From Polyangiaceae bacterium (GTDB taxonomy: Bacteria > Myxococcota_A > Polyangia > Polyangiales > Polyangiaceae): 13,815 bases of DNA. Below the pieces are notes generated by a model. That model did no database searches. It saw nothing but the letters and a program-made list of their open reading frames with translations, and was not told where the DNA came from. Shown here piece after piece: positions 7,061 through 13,815 of the stretch (positions are counted from its first letter, which is position 1; each line of letters opens with the position of its first letter). The position numbers were made by a program, and so were the translations under genes. Location: contig JAPSGB010000067.1 of assembly GCA_035063585.1 (NCBI GenBank), positions 1 to 13,815 on the forward strand. The letters run 5' to 3'.

Positions 7061-8044
7061 ATGAGGCGAACCCTCTCGGTGCTCTGCTGCCTGGCGCTCG
7101 CGGTGGCCTGTGACTCCGGCGCTTCGGGCTCGGATGGTCGGTCCGACGGCGGCGCGAGCGGGAGCGCCGGAGTCGGAGGCTCCGTGGGTCGGGGCGGCGC
7201 GGCCGGCGGCGCGGGAGCGAGCGGCGGCGCGGGAGCGAGCGGCGGCGCGGGAGCGAGCGGCGGCGCGGGAGCGAGCGGCGGCGCGGGAGCGAGCGGCGGC
7301 GCGGGAACCGGCGGCGGCGCGGGCGTGTGGCGACCCGCGCCCGGCACGAGCTGGCAGTGGCAGCTCTCGGGCACCGTCGACACCAGCCTGGACGTCGCCG
7401 TGTACGACGTCGATCTCGTCGAGACGTCGAACGCCACCCTCGCGAAGCTCCGCGCCGACGGCCGGCGCATCATTTGCTATTTCTCTGCGGGTAGCCGCGA
7501 AGATTGGCGCCCCGACGACGGCGAGTTCACGGCGAGCGACACGGGCAAGGGCCTCGACGGCTGGCCCGGCGAGTACTGGCTCGACGTTCGCTCGGTCAAC
7601 GTGCGTCGCATCATGAAGGCGCGCCTCGACCTCGCCGCGAGCCGTGGGTGCGACGCGGTGGAGCCGGACAACGTCGACGGATACACGAACGACACCGGCT
7701 TCCCGCTCACCAGAGCCCACCAACTCGACTTCAACCGCTTCCTCGCGAGCGAGGCGCACGCGCGTGGGCTCTCGGTGGGCCTCAAGAACTCGGTCGAGCT
7801 CGCCGCCGAGCTCGAAGCGAGCTTCGACTGGGCGCTCGACGAAGAGTGCCTCGCCTACTCCGAGTGCGGCCTGCTGGCGCCCTTCGTCACCGCGAACAAG
7901 GCCGTCTTCCACGTGGAGTACGTCGACAGCGCGGCGGACGGCGCGGCGAAGCTCTCGAGCGTGTGCGCGGCGCCCTCGCGCGCGGGCTTCTCCAGCCTCG
8001 TGAAGACGTGGGAGCTCGACGCCTGGCGGCTCGCCTGCCCCTGA
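7061..8044 (+). CDS. Endo-alpha-1,4-polygalactosaminidase (GH114) lipoprotein
   Basis: Lipobox LAVAC and Gly/Ala/Ser linker, then WRPAPGTSWQWQL, ICYFSAGSREDWRPD, GWPGEYWLDVR, GCDAVEPDNVDGY, GLKNS, FDWALDEEC and KAVFHVEY, all typical of GH114. Confidence 0.9.
   Translation: MRRTLSVLCCLALAVACDSGASGSDGRSDGGASGSAGVGGSVGRGGAAGGAGASGGAGASGGAGASGGAGASGGAGASGGAGTGGGAGVWRPAPGTSWQWQLSGTVDTSLDVAVYDVDLVETSNATLAKLRADGRRIICYFSAGSREDWRPDDGEFTASDTGKGLDGWPGEYWLDVRSVNVRRIMKARLDLAASRGCDAVEPDNVDGYTNDTGFPLTRAHQLDFNRFLASEAHARGLSVGLKNSVELAAELEASFDWALDEECLAYSECGLLAPFVTANKAVFHVEYVDSAADGAAKLSSVCAAPSRAGFSSLVKTWELDAWRLACP
7205..7306 (+). repeat. 18-bp coding tandem repeat (5 perfect copies + partial) encoding GGAGAS
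   Basis: GGCGGCGCGGGAGCGAGC at 7205, 7223, 7241, 7259 and 7277; partial copy at 7295-7306. Confidence 0.95.
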
Positions 8045-8053
8045 GCGCGCGGC

Positions 8054-8887
8054 TCATCGGCCCACGGTGACGTCGACCTGCTCGACCGTGGGCGCCTCGT
8101 CGCCGAGGAAGCGGCCGGCCACCGCAGCGAAGCTCGCCGGCAGATCGGTGACGAGCAGCTCGAGCCGCCGCGTTACCGCGCCCGGCGGAGCGGGCGCGAC
8201 GCGCCCATCGTCGATGAGGGCACGGACACTCTCGGCGGTCGCGCGACCGCTGTTGACGACCGTCACCGGGTGCCCGGCGAGCTCGGCGGCGACCTGGGTG
8301 ATGGTGTCCTCGAGGAGCGGGTAGTGGGTGCAGCCGAGCACGATCACCCCCACCTCCGCGAGGACGAGCGGCTCGAGGTAACGCCGCACCGCGAGCTCGG
8401 GCACCGGCCCCTCGAGCCACCCCTCCTCCACGAGCGGCACGAGCAGCGGCGCCGCCTGCGCGATGACCTCGTGGCGCGTGGAGCGCTGGCCGACCGCGCG
8501 CGGATAGGCGCCCGAGGCCACCGTGCCGAGGGTCCCGAGCACGCCGATGCGCGCCGTCTCGCTCGCCGCGCCCACCGCCGCGGCGGCCCCCGGCTCGATC
8601 ACGCCGATGACCGGCAGATCGAGCTCGGCGCGCAGCATGTCGAGCGCGACCGCGCTCACCGTGTTGCACGCGACCACCAGCGCCTTCACGTCGCGCCGAG
8701 AGAGCACCGCGGCGCAGCCGCGCGCGTAGCGGATCACCGTCTCGGCCGAGCGCGTCCCGTACGGCACGCGCGCGGTGTCGCCGAGGTACACGATACGCTC
8801 AGCGGGCAGCTCATCGAGCAGCGCGCGGACCACGGTCAGCCCGCCGAGGCCCGAGTCGAACACGCCGAGCGGACGCTCGTCGAACAT
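8054..8887 (-). CDS. murI: Glutamate racemase
   Basis: The true start is ATG 8887 (MFDERPLGVFDSGLGGLTV). Motifs YLGDTARVPYG, VVACNTVS and VLGCTHYPLL carry both catalytic Cys. Confidence 0.97.
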   Translation of the reverse strand: MFDERPLGVFDSGLGGLTVVRALLDELPAERIVYLGDTARVPYGTRSAETVIRYARGCAAVLSRRDVKALVVACNTVSAVALDMLRAELDLPVIGVIEPGAAAAVGAASETARIGVLGTLGTVASGAYPRAVGQRSTRHEVIAQAAPLLVPLVEEGWLEGPVPELAVRRYLEPLVLAEVGVIVLGCTHYPLLEDTITQVAAELAGHPVTVVNSGRATAESVRALIDDGRVAPAPPGAVTRRLELLVTDLPASFAAVAGRFLGDEAPTVEQVDVTVGR

Positions 8888-8889
8888 GC

Positions 8890-10197
8890 TCAGACGTCCT
8901 CGATGCGGATGAGGCGCGGCCGCGCGCGCATGAACGGCGCGCGCGCGATCTCGTCGAGCGCGGCGCGGAGCCTCCCCTCGCGCGTCGCGTGCGTCATGAT
9001 GACGACCGGCACGGTCTCGTCGTCCGACCCGCCCCGCCCCTCCTGGAGCATCTGTTCGATGCTGACCTCGTGCCGTCCGAGCGCCCCGGAGATGACGCCG
9101 AGCACCCCGGGGCCGTCGGCGACGTCGAAGCGGAGGTAGTGGCGTGACTCGAGCTCGTCGAGCGGGACCACGGGGCGCCTTCGGAACTTCACCGCGCGGG
9201 TCGCGAGCCCGGGCGTCCCCTCGAGCTTCGAGCGGGCGACGTCGACCAGATCCGCGACCACGCTCACCGCGGTCGGCAGATCCCCCGCGCCCCGGCCAAC
9301 CAACAGGCACGGCCCGAGCGCGCGCCCCACGATGAACACGCCGTTCAGGACGCCGTCCACGCTGGCGAGCACGCTGCCCCGCTTCACGAGCGTCGGGTGC
9401 ACCCGGAGCGCCACGCGCTCCCCGAGATCGCGGCCGATCGCCAGGTGCTTGATGGTGTATCCGAAGTGCTCCGCGAAGCGGAAATCGAGCGCGTCGATGG
9501 CCCGGATCCCCTCGACCGGCACCTCCGCCTCGCCGACCTCGGCACCGAACGCGAGCATGCCGAGCACGATGAGCTTCTGCGCGGCGTCGTGGCCGTCCAC
9601 ATCGAGCGAAGGCTCCGCCTCGGCGAAGCCGAGCCGCTGCGCGTCGGCGAGCACGACCTCGAGCGGCAGCCGCTCGTCGCGCATCCGGGTGAGGATATAG
9701 TTGCAGGTGCCGTTCAGGATCGCGTGGACGCTCAGCACCGAGTCGCTGGTGAGCGCCTCGCGCAGCGTGCGGATGACCGGGATCCCACCGCCCACCGAGG
9801 CCTCGAACGCGAGGTCCACGTCCGCCTCCATCGCCCGCGCGAGCAGAGCCGGACCGTGCCTCGCGAGCATGAGCTTGTTGGCGGTGACGATGCCCTGCCG
9901 GGCGGCGATGGCGCGCTCGATGAGCGTTCGCGCGGGCTCCTCGCCGCCCAAGAGCTCGACCACCACGTCCGCGTCCCGGAGCGCGAGCTCAGGGTCGGTG
10001 GTGAGCCACTCCGGGCGGCACTCCGGCACCCGCGCGCGCTCACGATCTCGCACGAGGACGCGCGTGATCGTGAGCGGCGCGCCGACGCGGCTCGCGAGGT
10101 GGGCGGCGTTCTGCTCGAGCAGGCGGATGACGCCGCCGCCGACCGTGCCGCAGCCGAGGAGCGCGACGCGGATGGGGATTCGCGATGACTCGGTCAC
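8890..10197 (-). CDS. hom: Homoserine dehydrogenase with C-terminal ACT domain
   Basis: LGCGTVGGG, VTANK, FEASVGGGIP, ILNGTCNYIL, GFAEAEP..DVDGHDAAQK and GRGAG motifs; ACT domain DGPGVLGVIS; GAGGTG RBS. Confidence 0.96.
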   Translation of the reverse strand: MTESSRIPIRVALLGCGTVGGGVIRLLEQNAAHLASRVGAPLTITRVLVRDRERARVPECRPEWLTTDPELALRDADVVVELLGGEEPARTLIERAIAARQGIVTANKLMLARHGPALLARAMEADVDLAFEASVGGGIPVIRTLREALTSDSVLSVHAILNGTCNYILTRMRDERLPLEVVLADAQRLGFAEAEPSLDVDGHDAAQKLIVLGMLAFGAEVGEAEVPVEGIRAIDALDFRFAEHFGYTIKHLAIGRDLGERVALRVHPTLVKRGSVLASVDGVLNGVFIVGRALGPCLLVGRGAGDLPTAVSVVADLVDVARSKLEGTPGLATRAVKFRRRPVVPLDELESRHYLRFDVADGPGVLGVISGALGRHEVSIEQMLQEGRGGSDDETVPVVIMTHATREGRLRAALDEIARAPFMRARPRLIRIEDV

Positions 10198-10252
10198 TCG
10201 GGCTCACCTCGAACGCGGCGGGCGCGCGGCACGCGAGAGCCGGCCGCGCGCC

Positions 10253-12754
10253 TCACGCGGGCCCGCACCCGGTCGCGCGGGCCACGCCGCTCGTGTTGTT
10301 GTCGTCGCGACACTCGTTGAAGGACTTGTTGTTCGGATCGATCAGGATCCGCGCGAGGTAGGAGTCGCCGATCCCGGCGGCGCCCGCCGGAACCAGGAAC
10401 TCGAGGATCTCGATCTGCCCCGGGAGCAGCGCGCGGGTGGTCGTGACCTTCCCGAGCAGCGTCTCCGTCCCTCCGGTCGTCTTGTAGACGCCCGCCTCGA
10501 CTCCCGCGGGCAGGCCCGCGAGGCCCACGTTTCGAATCGACACGTGCGCGACGATGGGCGACGCGCACTCGACGCGGAGCGACACGGTCGCGTCGGGCGC
10601 GTCGAACACGCCTTGGTCTTGCACGTTCTGGCGGAAATTGTTGAGCCACGACTGCCGCCAGTTGTCCTTCTCCGGGGCCGGGATGGCGCCGTAGCGGTTC
10701 GGAGCGTCGCACGCGCTGTCGCGCGAGTCGCAGATGTTGCTCACGTGATAGGCGTGCTGGTTCCAGAGCGTGCGCGTGCCGACCCAGGAGTCCTCCCGAT
10801 CCCCCCAGACGGTGATCCCACGGTAGGCGCGCTCGGTCGCCGAGGGCGGCTTCCACGCCACGTGCGGGTACTTCGGATCCGTCCCCGGCTGATTCCAGGG
10901 CGCCACGTCGCACTTCCACCCGCCCGCGCCCGGCTCGATGCCGTTCGAGATCATCACGATTTCCGCGTGCCCATCGCCGTCCACGTCCGCCACCACCGAC
11001 GCCTCGGTGCCCGTGAACGAGGTGGTCGGTTCCGAGAGGAGCACGTGGCCGGTCTTGCCGTCGAACACCCAGAGGAAGCACTCGTCGTTATAGACGACCT
11101 CCGCGCTGCCATCGCCTTGGAAGTCGAACACGCTCGAGCCCGTCTCGGAGGACGAGAGGTCGTGGTTCGGGGTCTTCCAGACCACGTCGAGCTTCTTGGC
11201 CGCGTAGTCGGGCTTCAGCATCGAGTAGTAGGTCGCCTGAGCCACGCCGATCTCCGGTGACTTGTCGCCGTCGAAGTCCGCCACGGTGGGCGGACCGCCG
11301 CTGCCCTTGCCCGGGAGCGCGACCGGGCCGAGCTCGACCGCGCCGGTCGCACCTTCGAGGACCCAGAGCTGCGCGTTCTTCACCAGCACCACCTCGGGCG
11401 CGCCGTCGCCGTCGAAATCCGCCACCGCGTTGAAGCCGTTCGGCAGACCCGTCGCGGTCCAGAGCGCGGTGCCGTCCGCCCGGTAGGCGGTGTTTCCGGC
11501 GAGGAGCTCCTGCGCTCCGTCGCCGTCCAGATCGACGAAGAACGAGAGCTGCGAGCCGTTGCCGCCGCCATTGCCGCCGGCGCCGCAGAACTTCCGCGTA
11601 ATCGCGCCGTTCAGCGTGTCGAAGACGCAGGGGCCGAACCCGATCTCCGGGTGGCCGTCGCCGTCCATGTCTCCGAGCGCGACGCCTCCGCCCCAGCCGT
11701 AGTTGCCCTTGGGCGCCTGATCGATCGGCAAGTCACTGACGCGCGCGACGGTGCCGTCGGCGCGGATCATCGCGACCTTCCCCTCGCCCGTCATCGCCAC
11801 GATGTCCACGCTACCGTCACCGTCGACGTCGCCCAGCGCGACCGACGAGCCCGCGAAGCCGAGGCTCCCCGCGCTCGGCTGCGCGACCGTCCAGATCTCC
11901 TTACCCGAGCGGCCGTCGAGCAGGCGGAGCCGGCCCCGCTGACATACCGTGGTGCCGTCCGGCTGCGTGTTCGGCGATCCCGCGCACTGGCTCGCGCCGA
12001 TGTTCCCCGACACGAACACGAGGTTCGGCGGATCGCTCTCGTCGACCTTACCGTCGCAGTTGGCGTCGTAGATGCGCGCGACGGTCGGGGTCGACCAGAC
12101 GTCGGCCGCTCCCGGGTTCACGATCGGCGCGATGTCGAGCCCCCACTGCCACTTCTTTCGCGCCTTCAGCGCGCCAACCGGCGGGCGGTACTCGCAGTCG
12201 TCGATGCACGCGCCGGCGTCCGCGCCGCCACCGGCGCCGCACCGCGGCGGCGAGGCGACGCAGCGCCCGTTCGAGGTGAGCGGCTGAGTGCACGCCGCGC
12301 CGCCGTCGGCGCCACCGGCGTCGGGCGCGCCCGCATCGGCAGCGTCACCGAGCGAGGTCTCGCAGTACTCGTCCGCGGCGCAGTCGCCCTTGGTCTGGCA
12401 CGTCTTGCCCGGCGTCACGCACGCTCCGAACAGGCATACGGTCGCTCCCGCGCAGCACTCCGCGCCGCAGGCCTGCGCCGCGCTCGCGCAGCACTTCCCC
12501 TCCACGCACACGCCGGCCTCGCAGGGAGCCTCGGGTCCGCACTCGCCGCCGCCCCCCGAGTCGAGCTCGATGCCGCCCTCGGCCGCGCCGCCCCCGGTCC
12601 CCGAAGACGCGCTCGAGCCGCCGCTGCCCCCGCCGCTCGCGCCTCCCGTGGCGTGACCTCCGCTCGCGACGCCACCATCGCTCGACCCGCAGCCCGCGAG
12701 CCCCCCCACCGCTCCCATGAGCAGCATCGCCGCCGCTCGTTCGCACCACGTCAT
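10253..12754 (-). CDS. Large FG-GAP/VCBS-repeat lipoprotein with Cys-rich N-terminus and CARDB-like C-terminus (833 aa)
   Basis: GGAGG RBS (12761-12765) and lipobox LAGC. Multiple Ca-binding repeats (GDVDGDGSVDIV, GDMDGDGHPEI, DLDGDGAQELL, ADFDGDGAPEVV, ADVDGDGHAEIV). Also WNQHAYHVSNI, NNFRQN and terminal NECRDDNN. Confidence 0.88.
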   Translation of the reverse strand: MTWCERAAAMLLMGAVGGLAGCGSSDGGVASGGHATGGASGGGSGGSSASSGTGGGAAEGGIELDSGGGGECGPEAPCEAGVCVEGKCCASAAQACGAECCAGATVCLFGACVTPGKTCQTKGDCAADEYCETSLGDAADAGAPDAGGADGGAACTQPLTSNGRCVASPPRCGAGGGADAGACIDDCEYRPPVGALKARKKWQWGLDIAPIVNPGAADVWSTPTVARIYDANCDGKVDESDPPNLVFVSGNIGASQCAGSPNTQPDGTTVCQRGRLRLLDGRSGKEIWTVAQPSAGSLGFAGSSVALGDVDGDGSVDIVAMTGEGKVAMIRADGTVARVSDLPIDQAPKGNYGWGGGVALGDMDGDGHPEIGFGPCVFDTLNGAITRKFCGAGGNGGGNGSQLSFFVDLDGDGAQELLAGNTAYRADGTALWTATGLPNGFNAVADFDGDGAPEVVLVKNAQLWVLEGATGAVELGPVALPGKGSGGPPTVADFDGDKSPEIGVAQATYYSMLKPDYAAKKLDVVWKTPNHDLSSSETGSSVFDFQGDGSAEVVYNDECFLWVFDGKTGHVLLSEPTTSFTGTEASVVADVDGDGHAEIVMISNGIEPGAGGWKCDVAPWNQPGTDPKYPHVAWKPPSATERAYRGITVWGDREDSWVGTRTLWNQHAYHVSNICDSRDSACDAPNRYGAIPAPEKDNWRQSWLNNFRQNVQDQGVFDAPDATVSLRVECASPIVAHVSIRNVGLAGLPAGVEAGVYKTTGGTETLLGKVTTTRALLPGQIEILEFLVPAGAAGIGDSYLARILIDPNNKSFNECRDDNNTSGVARATGCGPA

Positions 12755-13140
12755 GTCGAACCTCCAACTACCGCCGCGCGCCCGGCTCCGCTACCGAGTG
12801 TAGACGGGTTCCCGCGCGAGGACCACGCCCGCGCCGTGGGCCGCGCGGCCGCGCTGGCGCGGCGTCGTCGAGCGCGATCACGAGCCGACCTCGGGCGTTT
12901 GCCCGCCCCGGCGGCAGCGTTCGGAAGAGAGCCAACTCGCCTTGATCTCACCTACGCGGGGGGGAGGATGATGCCGGTCCGGCGCGGAATCACGAGGGGA
13001 TAGAGGAGCCGCACGCTCGACCACGTGCTCACGGGGCGGCTCCGCGACGCGTTGGCGGCCTTCGCCGAGCGGGCCGAGCAAGTCACGCGAGAGGGCGCGC
13101 GCGTCATCACCGACCCGGTCACCTCCTCGAGTCGGAGGGC

Positions 13141-13230
13141 AAAGGTGGCGGGCGGAGCCGGGCTCCGCTCCGGACCGGGGGCTCCGCGCCGGACCCCGGC
13201 GGCTCCGGCTCTTCGCTCTTTGCCACCTCT
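13141..13230. repeat. REP/MITE-like palindromic element
   Basis: Terminal inverted repeat AGGTGGC/GCCACCT, inner GGGCGGAGCCGG/CCGGCTCTTCGCTC pairing, central CCGGGG...CCCCGG hairpin, and direct repeats GCTCCGC(T/G)CCGGACC. Confidence 0.55.
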
Positions 13231-13315
13231 CGACTACTTCCGCGTCCTGGGGGTCGAGCGCTCGAGTATCAACGGTCAAGGGGAATTGACGAGCCGTTAT
13301 CGTGCGAGCATTCCG

Positions 13316-13815
13316 CTACGGGGTCCTGGCGCAGCGGCCCCCGAGGTCGTAGCTACGAAACGAGGGGTAGTCGCGGCCGCGGAACGGCGAGAGCAGGAGC
13401 GGCCCGTCCTTGAAGAAATCGCCGCCCCGGCGCACCCGGATGGAGGACTGCGTCGTATTGGCGCAATTATCGCAAGACGCCTCATAAGAGTCCGCGTACC
13501 AATCCAGCACCCACTCCCACACGTTTCCCGCCAGGTCCTGCTGGCCCCACTTCCCTGCGCCGCCCGGCGCCGAGCCCACTGGAGCGATGTCCGTCACGTC
13601 TGTGCAGCTCTGTGAGTCACTGTAGTAGCAGCCGTAGATGGCGAGGTTCACGTTCGCGCCGGGGTCGGTGCCCCCCCAAGGGTACTTCCGCTGGTCACTC
13701 CCGCCCGACGCCGCGTAGTGCCACTCCGTCTCGCTCGGCAAGAACCCGCCGTCCCAAATGCAGAACGCGTAGAGCTCGTACCAGCTCGCGCAGTTGATGG
13801 GGCGATGCTCGTTCC
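13316..13815 (-). CDS. Formylglycine-generating enzyme (SUMF1/FGE-sulfatase) domain protein, 5'-truncated by the window edge
   Basis: The frame is open to the window end: NEHRPINCASWYELYAFCIWDGGFLPSETEWHYAASGG...YPWG...DLAGNVWEW...RVRRGG...GGRCARTP. Confidence 0.92.
   Translation of the reverse strand, partial: NEHRPINCASWYELYAFCIWDGGFLPSETEWHYAASGGSDQRKYPWGGTDPGANVNLAIYGCYYSDSQSCTDVTDIAPVGSAPGGAGKWGQQDLAGNVWEWVLDWYADSYEASCDNCANTTQSSIRVRRGGDFFKDGPLLLSPFRGRDYPSFRSYDLGGRCARTP

Noticed and set aside
8888..9310. N-terminal extension of murI in the ORF track
   Set aside because: It overlaps hom in another frame; the MurI motif starts at ATG 8887.
12878..13279. 133-aa minus-strand ORF
   Set aside because: TTG start without an RBS, weaker GC3 than the opposite strand, runs through a palindromic element, and has no recognisable motif.
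13261..13308. Integron attC site (AAC...GTT hairpin)
   Set aside because: Too short, the ends do not fit RYYYAAC/GTTRRRY, and there are no other attC sites or integrase in the window.

Overview
Very GC-rich bacterial chromosomal segment (roughly 75% GC by eye). The Cys-rich lipoproteins with GGS/DAG linkers, the FG-GAP lipoprotein and the FGE-domain protein suggest Myxococcota (Polyangiales-like); this is inference. Housekeeping genes (pyrB, hom-murI, an NDP-sugar nucleotidyltransferase) are interspersed with six predicted lipoproteins: one kelch-like, three Cys-rich hypothetical, one GH114 polygalactosaminidase with a GGAGAS repeat, and one FG-GAP/CARDB-like. There is also a rhomboid-fold protein lacking its catalytic residues and the 3' end of an FGE-sulfatase-domain gene. 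No rRNA, tRNA, CRISPR array or transposase was found. The most notable signals are: (i) a 69-bp, 36% GC patch of A/T-ending codons inside the nucleotidyltransferase CDS, carrying an inverted repeat and an IHF-like site; (ii) an orphan 32-bp AT-rich, three-part palindrome between two convergent genes; (iii) an FGE C-terminus resembling a DGR variable region, followed by a hairpin, with no TR or RT in the window; (iv) recurrent TAnnnT-N7-ATG leaderless-type starts; (v) a 70-bp three-hairpin tandem repeat and a REP/MITE-like element. No complete novel system can be demonstrated from this window alone.
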